Shown here piece by piece: positions 54,997 to 62,955 of a stretch of 62,955 nucleotides of DNA. The position numbers and the translations under genes are program-made. Position 1 is the stretch's first letter; the number at the start of each line of letters is the position of its first letter. The notes beneath the pieces are model-generated. The model was not told where the DNA came from, did not search any database, and was given only the letters and a program-made list of their open reading frames with translations. The stretch is from a virus (Duplodnaviria > Caudoviricetes), in the IMG/VR virus record IMGVR_UViG_3300037511_000526, positions 1 through 62,955 of that record. One strand, given 5' to 3'.

Positions 54997-57900
54997 GGAG
55001 GTGTTATTTTGTATTGACCACTGATGGTCAGTGTATGATTATTGACAGATTGCGAAATGAATTGAATAAATCCGACGTTATTTGTTGCATCTGCCAGCGC
55101 AGTGCCGGAAACGGCCGCAGTACCCGTAGTCCTACCCGAGACCGATCCTATCAATTCATGAGTAGCGGAAAAATCGCTTGCTACGGGTAATGAGAATCTA
55201 AGTTCTGTTAATGTGGTGGTTGCCGTAGGATCTACTACAATTTCGATAGCATATGTTACAATATCGCCGATCCTGGTATATGTTGCACTATCGATGGTAT
55301 TGCCATCAACATTCGTAACGTTTGTGATTGTTGGCAGCCAGCGGCCCGATGTAATTGTTAAGCCCACACTTGCATTTGACCATGATGGCGCGCTACTTGT
55401 TCCATTGGTAGTTAATACCTGGCCGGCGGTTCCGGCTGCTAACCTCGTTAACAAACCGCTTGCATTTCTGTAATAGATATCATAGGCCGCATCGCTTCCG
55501 AGACTTAAGCTTACGCTTCCGTTTTGATAAAGGCCACCAGTATTTTGAAGGGTAAATGCGCCCTGATCAGTAGTAGACCCTATCTGCAATTCGCCACCGG
55601 GGTTCCAACGGGCCGTTTCAGTGAACCCCGAACCACGTAATATCTTGATTGGCCCGGATGCATTATCTGCTACCAGGGCAAGACCCGCACTTCCTGATCC
55701 TCGGATATATGCAATACCAGCAACAAGGCCACCTGTAGCATTGGTAGCACTCGAATATATTCCTTGCTGCAGCAGGTCACCAACATCATTGTTCAGGTTA
55801 ACAGTCGTCTGTGCCGACGTGCCTGCGGTTCCGTTTTTCAATGATAAATACGTATTGCTGTTTTGGTCCTTTTGAATCCACACAGGGCCAGCTACTTCCA
55901 AGGTCCCCAGTCCGAGATAAGATGACTGTCCGACCAGCAGTTTGCCTGTAGGTATTTTCACGAATCCATCTGATCGAGCGATTAATGTAGCGCCAGTCAG
56001 GTTATCGTCAAACGTCATATTACCTCCGATACCAACATGTGAGCTCACGGATATAGTAAGAGGGCTGGTTAAATTAGGAACCGCGTCCGCGCCAGCAGAA
56101 CCGGTACCAAATGCACGAAACGCCAGTTGCCCATTATAATAATGCATTGCTGACGCATATCCTGTACTCCTATATCTGAATGTAGACCCGTCGTTATATA
56201 CATTTAGCCCTATAAATCCATTATCGACTGCAGATGGCTGTAATTCAAAACTTCCCGCTCTCAATTTCGGTGCAGAACTACTATTTCCAGTAATAGTGAT
56301 TGCATTTGCCGTCGTTGCTCCCCTGGTTGTTACATCATCTAAATTATCGGTGCTGGCACCGGCAGTAGATGCTGTTGCTGCGATTTTCTGAGGGCTGATC
56401 TCATCGAGATAGGCCAAAAACATATTGTATTGCCCCTTCGAGGTTGGATGTATACCGTCGCTCTGCTGCTGGGTTGGGTCGGTTGGATCAAAGTATCGGT
56501 TGATTGCTGGAAAATAGATTGGGTAACCAGGAAACTTCGACTGCAGTTCGGCCTTGCAAATTGCAGTAGCCGTATCAAGAGAACCTGCCGTTGCGCCGTC
56601 GGGAGGCGCCACAAATGCATATCCTGTTGCGTTCATATGCGGGAATGCAGGAAGAAAAGCCGGTTGTCGCACTGCAACATTAGTACTCATCAATACTCCA
56701 ACACCATCAATGCCGCCCATTACACCGCCATCCAGGAAAGTAAGCACAATTCGGTGCAGTGTATCTCGAAGGCCTGTAATCACGATTGCATCGTTGGTAA
56801 TGCCCTGCCTAATGAATCCAGCCTCTACCGTGCTCCAGCACTTCCCTCGCGGATCATATGTACCAAGAGTAACACCATCTACGGCATACTGTATGCGGCT
56901 TAGTACAGTGTAGCTATTGTCGCAGGCCCAGGTCTGAATGTATAATGCAGAGCCTTCCAGGCTGTCAATGGTAATTGTCTCATTGGCCGTGATACTGGTT
57001 TTCTTCCACCAGTTCGCGCCACCCCAGCCGGTGACATTATGCCGTACCCAATATGTATGCGATGACCAATCCAGCAGACTGTCTTCTGAAGCAGCGGTTG
57101 CACCGCTCGTTGACGCGCTGAAAGTATATTTCGGATTTGCCACACCACCGATACCGAAGGGTGGTTCGAATGTCTTTGCAAATTGGTTCGCCATGATACT
57201 GCGATAGCCCGCCTTTGCCGTTTCAATGCGCCGGGTGCTATCGGTTCGAGCTCTGAAGTTATTGAATCCTACGCCACAGATAAGCGCCGTGGTCGGTGTC
57301 GTCGTAGTATTGGAATACAGTTGCTTCAGTTGATCCCGAATTCTATTTCCACTCACTGCATAGTTAGTGAATGTCACTCCGAAGTATGACCCAAAAAACT
57401 TTGGAACTGTCCTGATCGTAGTAGGCGGAGCATCGGCATTATAGCCAGCGTAATAGCTGTCACCGAGGGCAATGAGCCCATTTGTAGGAGGGAAAGCCAT
57501 TTTATCCTGCAATCCGCTGGCGCGAAATGCGGCAGCCGTATCCCTTAGTCTCTGTATGGAAGACACCCAATTAAGTGTATCAGCGCCCATCAAGATCTTA
57601 TTGGTATTGATCGAGAATGTTATTGTAGCATCGTGATCAAGTCGCTTTATTGCCGAGCCATTCCACAACGTATCACCAGAACCAGAAGCGTTTACCACAG
57701 TAGCCGAACCGCCCGAGGATGGCGCCTTCATCATCGGATTGGTTTGTGTTACGGGATCGTACGGACCTACTACCCATGCGCTATCTGCTGCTGCGACTTT
57801 TGGGGATCTGACCCTAAGCGAGTCTGCCTTAATATCAATTTTGTATGGTGTTATTTCAACAACCGATGTCTTTCCCGCCGTCGTATTTCCGGCGGACAAA

Positions 57901-58514
57901 CGCGTGAATGGCGTATCTACATAAGCATTAGTATAAGCTAAAGCGGACAATGTTGTACTGCTTTTAGAATGCAAAGATTGCATTTGTAAACCACCAGCAT
58001 TGAATAATAAAATATTAAGAACAGAATCTACCGTATTTGCACTATTTCTTAAACCATAAGAGAAAAACGGCCCTGAAGCAGGGAATTGATTTAAAGTTTG
58101 TAGTCTTGTTCGCGTCTTTCTTCCTGTAATAATTTCGTCATCTTCAACTTGTAATAACCGAAAAGAACCAACGGAGTCAAATATCAGTTGTTTATGGTCA
58201 GCATTTTGAATGTAGTTACCGGTAAACTTATTTGAGGAGTTAGTGATGTTCTTTCCGGCACCGATAATTTTTAGTGTATCATTGCCGACTATGAAGGTGC
58301 TGTCATTCAATATCCTGGACTTTTTAAAAGTCGTCAACCCACCGCCAATATTAGTAAGCAGTCCTAAACTGTCTTTTGTTTTATTGATAATATACAATTC
58401 ACAGGTACCATTCTGCTTCATAATTCTTACTGTATCAAAACGCAAGTAGCCGGTTGTTTGGCCGGCTACTTTCAAAGCTGCAAAAAGCAGCACGAACATC
58501 ATTATCCTTTTCAT
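54993..58514 (-). CDS. Tail fibre/spike-like protein with signal peptide and SGNH esterase domain
   Basis: Signal peptide VAG-Q; LGDS, GFNN, DGIHP; fibre motifs LDDVTTRG.TT and GTAGQVLTTNG..APSW; follows the tail tube gene. Confidence 0.75.
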   Translation of the reverse strand: MKRIMMFVLLFAALKVAGQTTGYLRFDTVRIMKQNGTCELYIINKTKDSLGLLTNIGGGLTTFKKSRILNDSTFIVGNDTLKIIGAGKNITNSSNKFTGNYIQNADHKQLIFDSVGSFRLLQVEDDEIITGRKTRTRLQTLNQFPASGPFFSYGLRNSANTVDSVLNILLFNAGGLQMQSLHSKSSTTLSALAYTNAYVDTPFTRLSAGNTTAGKTSVVEITPYKIDIKADSLRVRSPKVAAADSAWVVGPYDPVTQTNPMMKAPSSGGSATVVNASGSGDTLWNGSAIKRLDHDATITFSINTNKILMGADTLNWVSSIQRLRDTAAAFRASGLQDKMAFPPTNGLIALGDSYYAGYNADAPPTTIRTVPKFFGSYFGVTFTNYAVSGNRIRDQLKQLYSNTTTTPTTALICGVGFNNFRARTDSTRRIETAKAGYRSIMANQFAKTFEPPFGIGGVANPKYTFSASTSGATAASEDSLLDWSSHTYWVRHNVTGWGGANWWKKTSITANETITIDSLEGSALYIQTWACDNSYTVLSRIQYAVDGVTLGTYDPRGKCWSTVEAGFIRQGITNDAIVITGLRDTLHRIVLTFLDGGVMGGIDGVGVLMSTNVAVRQPAFLPAFPHMNATGYAFVAPPDGATAGSLDTATAICKAELQSKFPGYPIYFPAINRYFDPTDPTQQQSDGIHPTSKGQYNMFLAYLDEISPQKIAATASTAGASTDNLDDVTTRGATTANAITITGNSSSAPKLRAGSFELQPSAVDNGFIGLNVYNDGSTFRYRSTGYASAMHYYNGQLAFRAFGTGSAGADAVPNLTSPLTISVSSHVGIGGNMTFDDNLTGATLIARSDGFVKIPTGKLLVGQSSYLGLGTLEVAGPVWIQKDQNSNTYLSLKNGTAGTSAQTTVNLNNDVGDLLQQGIYSSATNATGGLVAGIAYIRGSGSAGLALVADNASGPIKILRGSGFTETARWNPGGELQIGSTTDQGAFTLQNTGGLYQNGSVSLSLGSDAAYDIYYRNASGLLTRLAAGTAGQVLTTNGTSSAPSWSNASVGLTITSGRWLPTITNVTNVDGNTIDSATYTRIGDIVTYAIEIVVDPTATTTLTELRFSLPVASDFSATHELIGSVSGRTTGTAAVSGTALADATNNVGFIQFISQSVNNHTLTISGQYKITPP

Positions 58515-58543
58515 ATAAATATCAGGATGTCATTTAAAATTAA

Positions 58544-59089
58544 TTATGGAGCCACAGTAAAGCATTCAAATATCCCGGCAGGCTCATCATAAGGACATGG
58601 TACATCCTTGTCTGCCCATTTGACCAGAACATCCCATACCACATCGCTATTCAAGTCTTCTGTTACCGGATTTTTGGGTATCACGACCGCAGGGTTGTTC
58701 GTGATATGAATTTGTGTTTCCGTTTTGAAGGCATACCGGTATTCCTTGCTGTTTTTTAACAGGTTGTAGAAATCGCAATTGCTTTTGTAGTTCGGGTCTT
58801 TGAAATTGCTGGTAAAATTGTATCCGATAAAACTTTCGGATTGGCGGCCGTAACCGGCGCCGAGTACTTCCGAACCACCATCGAATGAGCCAAGTACACC
58901 AGGAATGATGATGATATCCCTGGAATTTATTCCAGACTGCCATTCTGTTGGACTTGATGGATCGGTGAATTCGAATGAATTCTTTATGAATGCCACATCA
59001 CCTACCCGGCCTTTTTCTCGGGCTTCGCAGGGGTCGCAAATATGATCAGGTATTTCTACTGCGCAATCAGAGGGATAATAAACTGCCAT
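58544..59089 (-). CDS. Major tail tube protein (putative)
   Basis: 181 aa acidic beta-rich protein following the neck genes. Confidence 0.6.
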   Translation of the reverse strand: MAVYYPSDCAVEIPDHICDPCEAREKGRVGDVAFIKNSFEFTDPSSPTEWQSGINSRDIIIIPGVLGSFDGGSEVLGAGYGRQSESFIGYNFTSNFKDPNYKSNCDFYNLLKNSKEYRYAFKTETQIHITNNPAVVIPKNPVTEDLNSDVVWDVLVKWADKDVPCPYDEPAGIFECFTVAP

Positions 59090-59099
59090 AACTTAAAAT

Positions 59100-59633
59100 T
59101 TATGGGCACTTTTTAAAGCACCCCTTTGAAAAAGTTGTTTCGATTGAATAATTTACTTTGAAAAAAAACTGATCCTCTTTCAATTTATACGTGTCACTAG
59201 CAACATATTCTTGCCGGTAAATAGACAGGCTATCGAATACTCCGCCAATGAATGTAATTACCACAGATTTGTAAGGATATATGTTTATCCTTTCGGGTGT
59301 ATTGGCTTGGACAAATAACAAAAACTCATCCGGGTACATGCATGCTTTGGGACGGTCAAGGAAAACAACCATGGAAAGCTGATAAGTATTTACATTGTCA
59401 CCCAGACTGCGTCCTGTTCCTGTACCGGGTCTTATATTACTACCGAGTGAATTCAACCGATGATAAATTCGAACTGGATACATATCATCTATGCCGACAT
59501 ACTTTTCATTTATGACTGGTATGGTAACATTTTCCCGCAAAAGCAATTCAGCTATTCCATTAGCTTCACTTCCGGCAGGTAACCAGGTTAAAGAACTATT
59601 TATTTCCAGTACTATGTCTCTAACTGAGTGCAT
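59100..59633 (-). CDS. Tail terminator / completion protein (putative)
   Basis: Synteny between neck and tube genes. Confidence 0.5.
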   Translation of the reverse strand: MHSVRDIVLEINSSLTWLPAGSEANGIAELLLRENVTIPVINEKYVGIDDMYPVRIYHRLNSLGSNIRPGTGTGRSLGDNVNTYQLSMVVFLDRPKACMYPDEFLLFVQANTPERINIYPYKSVVITFIGGVFDSLSIYRQEYVASDTYKLKEDQFFFKVNYSIETTFSKGCFKKCP

Positions 59634-60066
59634 CTGAAATAAGTTCATTTATTCGATCAACCGCATATTGCTGTTCGGATTTTGACATCGTGAATATCTT
59701 CTTCCCTTTGTTTTCTTCTACCCACCGGGCTTTCTGAAGATTGAATGGATTCAGAAATCCAATTCCATAACCGTTCTGTGTTGCTATAACAGCCCAGTTA
59801 TTTTCCAGTTGCCTCGTAAGACTTACAATTATTTTCGAACTGGCATCGCGCTTATATTTTTTTTGGCGCAATTTCAAGTACGAATTATTGTAAGTTCCGA
59901 TCTGGGCGTTGTCAGATGCTTCGCCTTTCTGATGAATGCGTTCGGTCATTAATGGAATTACTTCAGTTGCCACTGGGCGAAGGAGATATTCTTTATTCTT
60001 CAACACTTCCAACTGTTTCTTGATCCTGCCGGCAACTACCTTGATATTTGATTGAATTCGAATCAT
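59620..60066 (-). CDS. Neck / virion morphogenesis protein (putative)
   Basis: Basic protein, RIHQKG..IGTY..Y...R..VSLT.QL. Confidence 0.55.
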   Translation of the reverse strand: MIRIQSNIKVVAGRIKKQLEVLKNKEYLLRPVATEVIPLMTERIHQKGEASDNAQIGTYNNSYLKLRQKKYKRDASSKIIVSLTRQLENNWAVIATQNGYGIGFLNPFNLQKARWVEENKGKKIFTMSKSEQQYAVDRINELISDALS

Positions 60067-60575
60067 GGTAGCCAAGTTACTGTTTCAGGGTTACCACTAC
60101 ATTGCATGCAACATTCGGAGGTATCCATTAAAAGAACTGCCTGTTTAAGTGCCTTCTCATATTCCAACTGATAGAAATCTTTAAGCTCTGCAGCCTGCTT
60201 CGCGTCAATGGTCGTAAACCGGTTGAGCCTGGTTGATGTTATTCTGAAGATCATCAGCCATACGCCTAATGAATATTCCCATGCCTGAACAAGTGTTTCT
60301 GCATTATCACAGATTAGTGCATCATAGTCACATCCACGGTCCAATTTGAAACACTTATTGAGTTCGGCCATTACATCGATTCGAAATTGAGCTACAGCGC
60401 TTTTTTGAACGTCATCCCATACACCTAGATATGTAACCTGCTCACTGTCGGCAATCTTATCAATGCTTTCAATGCTGATTCCGGGCAGTGAATTCAGATA
60501 TAATCCACTTCCGGGTTGTTCGTAAATGCCTTCGCAATAGCTGAGGCCAACAAAATCGATGAAACATGAAAGCAT
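60063..60575 (-). CDS. Head-tail adaptor (putative)
   Basis: Helical protein directly after the capsid gene. Confidence 0.55.
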   Translation of the reverse strand: MLSCFIDFVGLSYCEGIYEQPGSGLYLNSLPGISIESIDKIADSEQVTYLGVWDDVQKSAVAQFRIDVMAELNKCFKLDRGCDYDALICDNAETLVQAWEYSLGVWLMIFRITSTRLNRFTTIDAKQAAELKDFYQLEYEKALKQAVLLMDTSECCMQCSGNPETVTWLP

Positions 60576-60581
60576 ATAGTG

Positions 60582-60602
60582 AAAGAGCGGATCGCTCCGC
60601 TC
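60582..60602 (-). terminator. Hairpin after the major capsid gene
   Basis: GAGCGGA-GCGA-TCCGCTC-TTT. Confidence 0.6.
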
Positions 60603-60623
60603 CTATTTTACTAACCCAGGAAA

Positions 60624-61757
60624 TTAAACGGGATACGCATATGCCGGCCCGCTGTACGCGTCGTTGCCAATGAAGTACTTCAGCGTGCCATTGGTGCCTT
60701 CCAGTTCATCACCGGTACTGTATGCGTTATCTGGTTGAACCCACAAAGCATAATCTTTGCTGATGATACCTTGCCATCCGCGATCAACAAATACACCCTC
60801 CGAAACCTCGGTACGGCAATCGTAATACTTCAACTGCAGGTCCATTACCAGATCGCTCAGACAATCGTCGGCGCAACCAAATTCTCTAACTGGCAGGGGC
60901 AGGGTAGTGAAAATGCTTCCACCTGGTTTCTCGCCGGCAAAAGATCCGACAAACTTATTACGGCCGATGAACTTCACGCTACCAGGCGCGAACACTCCGA
61001 TGGCGTTATTACCCCATATGCTTTGCGTGTCTTTGTCGAAGAAGAAATTCGGGAGGCCAGTTTTGCTCATATCGATACCGGCATTCGAGCAGCATGCTAG
61101 AGCCTGAGCCTTTTCGTAGGCAGCAAACAGGCCACCACCAACGATGCAAGGATCGCCGCAAAATTCATTTTCCTGCAGGTCTTGCATCATATCGATGATA
61201 CCATTATCAAGGATTACTTTGTTGCCGTCCTGGTTGATATTGATCACCTTGCCGGAAGCAGATCCGTTCGCCACATTTACGCCGAATTCAGTCGCCATGG
61301 AAGTCACCAGCGTTTGGTTGATCTTCCTTAACACAACATTGGCCCCTTCAACAACCAGGTCGTACACTTCCTGCATGGCCTGTGTGGCCGGATTGCCGAG
61401 GCTTACCATGCGGCTCGCATCCTGACAGTAACGGCTGATCTGATCGTCGGAAATGTGAAATGAATACTGGGCATGCGATAATGCAGGTACGTTCCATTCC
61501 AGGTAACCGGGGGTTGCGTTTATCGCGCAATCGTCGGTCGTTTGCACGTCAGCTAGTGTTGGCCTGCGACGATATTTAACTACCATAGAGGTTTGGTGTC
61601 CACCCTGATAGGCGTCATTCAATGGAGATACAGTGCTGTTCGCGCAACAAAATGTCATTGCCAAAAAACCCGCAACATGCATTTTACTACCGGGCGCATT
61701 GTTTCCGGCAATCTCTTTGATATGCTTGAGCAGGTACGGGCAGAAGCCAGTAGCCAT
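60624..61757 (-). CDS. Major capsid protein (start MATGFC)
   Basis: 377 aa, after scaffold and before hairpin and adaptor genes. Confidence 0.8.
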   Translation of the reverse strand: MATGFCPYLLKHIKEIAGNNAPGSKMHVAGFLAMTFCCANSTVSPLNDAYQGGHQTSMVVKYRRRPTLADVQTTDDCAINATPGYLEWNVPALSHAQYSFHISDDQISRYCQDASRMVSLGNPATQAMQEVYDLVVEGANVVLRKINQTLVTSMATEFGVNVANGSASGKVININQDGNKVILDNGIIDMMQDLQENEFCGDPCIVGGGLFAAYEKAQALACCSNAGIDMSKTGLPNFFFDKDTQSIWGNNAIGVFAPGSVKFIGRNKFVGSFAGEKPGGSIFTTLPLPVREFGCADDCLSDLVMDLQLKYYDCRTEVSEGVFVDRGWQGIISKDYALWVQPDNAYSTGDELEGTNGTLKYFIGNDAYSGPAYAYPV

Positions 61758-61788
61758 ATAACAATAAATTAAATGATGAGTAAATGAA

Positions 61789-62730
61789 TTACATCCCGTT
61801 CGTCTTTTCCAGAGCGGCCAGCGCCTCATCTGCTAAAGATGAAAGAGCATGATTAACGGTTTTTCCATCGCCATTTCCGTTTTGGTTATAGCGCTGTTGA
61901 TTGCCGTTGTTGTTTACGTGTGTTCTGGCACCATTGCCATTACCATTTTGATTCTGGTTTTGGTTCTGGTCTGTAACTTTGAGAATTTTGTCGCGGGACA
62001 TTATTTTATCGAGATAGCTCTTAGGAGTGAGCAAACGGTTGTCCTCGCCGAAGAAATTTGAACCGTCTTTTTTTCGTAAAGCTAATTGGCCGGAATCATC
62101 CACGGTAAATTCCGCAGCATCCGCATTGAGTGATTTATTGATAATGGCTTTCAAGGTGATGTCTTTCACCTCTCCGTCCAGTTCATCATAGATTGTTTTG
62201 TAACCGCCCAGGATATTACGCAGGGCATAGGACATGTCTTTGTCTTTAAGTTTGCCCTCGTATTCTGCCCGTATGCCCGCCTCTTTATCTTTCTCGGCAC
62301 GTAATTGCGCATTCAGGTCATTGATCTGCTGCTGCAGTGTGTCTTTTTCACCTTTGCCGCTGTTTGCCTTTTGTTCTTCAAGCGCCTTGATTTTAGCAGC
62401 CAACAATACAGCCTTTTTGGTGGAACTTTTCTCTGCCAGGATCTCAGCCTTTATATCGTCAGGTAATTTGTGATCCTCAATAAACCTAGCAATTTCTTTG
62501 TCCAGTCCATCGTATGCCTGACTGAAGTAACGTCCCTTGATTACAGGGTGATTATTCATAGCAGCATCAATAGAAAGCAACCCATTGTCAATGCCGGTAA
62601 TAAGTTCGTCGGGTATATTTATATTGGCCAGCTCAGGAGCGGCCAGCAATGGTTTAATGGTTTCGTCATCGATCTTAACTCCGGCTTTAATGGCTAATTC
62701 TTTCAAAAAATCTGCTGCTGTTTTTGGCAT
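61789..62730 (-). CDS. Capsid scaffolding protein
   Basis: Coiled coil, N/Q/G low-complexity linker, short C-terminal helix; upstream of MCP. Confidence 0.75.
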   Translation of the reverse strand: MPKTAADFLKELAIKAGVKIDDETIKPLLAAPELANINIPDELITGIDNGLLSIDAAMNNHPVIKGRYFSQAYDGLDKEIARFIEDHKLPDDIKAEILAEKSSTKKAVLLAAKIKALEEQKANSGKGEKDTLQQQINDLNAQLRAEKDKEAGIRAEYEGKLKDKDMSYALRNILGGYKTIYDELDGEVKDITLKAIINKSLNADAAEFTVDDSGQLALRKKDGSNFFGEDNRLLTPKSYLDKIMSRDKILKVTDQNQNQNQNGNGNGARTHVNNNGNQQRYNQNGNGDGKTVNHALSSLADEALAALEKTNGM

Positions 62731-62736
62731 AAAAAA

Positions 62737-62808
62737 TTATCTCCTTGGTTTTGTTGGCTTGGGTCTTCCGCTTCCGCCGCAACTCCGGCAGGATAAAATA
62801 TTAGGCAT
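62737..62808 (-). CDS. 23-aa basic CxxC micropeptide
   Basis: MPNILSCRSCGGSGRPKPTKPRR; start overlaps the upstream gene's end and stop lies 6 nt before the scaffold ATG. Confidence 0.5.
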   Translation of the reverse strand: MPNILSCRSCGGSGRPKPTKPRR

Positions 62809-62955
62809 TTGCATTGTTGAAAGATTTTGGTTTCGGTCCGGGCTTCTTCTTTTCCACCGTATAATTCGTTACCACCGGTTGTACTTCATCATTGTGCACG
62901 TCCTCAATGATCTTTCGAAGGTGAACCGGCAGACTCCGGTTCTGCTCCATTAAAT
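62773..62955 (+). repeat. Terminal direct repeat / circular overlap, copy 2
   Basis: Matches 1-183 with one mismatch. Confidence 0.95.

Larger units (their letters stand above)
1..62955. mobile_element. Complete temperate tailed (siphovirus-like) phage genome, Bacteroidota host inferred
   Basis: Terminase, portal, capsid, tape measure, lysis, DnaB replication, repressor, integrase and attP are all present; the ends overlap; no host housekeeping genes. Confidence 0.95.

Noticed and set aside
53209-58514. Diversity-generating retroelement or T9SS cargo
   Set aside because: No reverse transcriptase or TR/VR pair seen; no recognisable T9SS C-terminal domain
61860-61975. Short tandem repeats in the scaffold gene
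   Set aside because: Explained by the Asn/Gln/Gly low-complexity linker
1-62955. Stop-codon reassignment
   Set aside because: Long genes are intact under the standard bacterial code, TAG and TGA end well-packed genes, and no suppressor tRNA is seen

Overview
The window is an apparently complete, circular temperate tailed-phage genome of about 62.8 kb: bases 1-183 recur at 62773-62955 with one mismatch. A Bacteroidota host (possibly Chitinophagaceae-like) is inferred from TAnnTTTG promoters, Gln-terminated signal peptides and a Bacteroidota-type tyrosine integrase. It has a minus-strand early/replication arm (43.5 to 23.4 kb), an immunity/integration region with an attP matching an ssrA/tRNA-Ala-type 3' end, and a permuted minus-strand structural/lysis arm. 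An oppositely oriented glycan-modification operon (GT2, GT11, GT47, GT7, two methyltransferases) interrupts that arm, and a fifth GT lies next to the portal. The most notable signals are: (1) Sec-exported tail-fibre-like proteins densely packed with the Bacteroidota O-glycosylation sequon D-(S/T)-(A/I/L/V/M/T), alongside the phage glycosyltransferases; (2) Cys-rich outer virion proteins with a cluster of small CxxC proteins including a membrane one, a candidate disulfide relay; (3) a canonical hammerhead ribozyme in the early operon; (4) arrays of small structured RNA-like units and 5'UTR pseudoknots; (5) a stand-alone response-regulator receiver heading the lysis cassette. All calls are by eye from motifs; no database searches were run.
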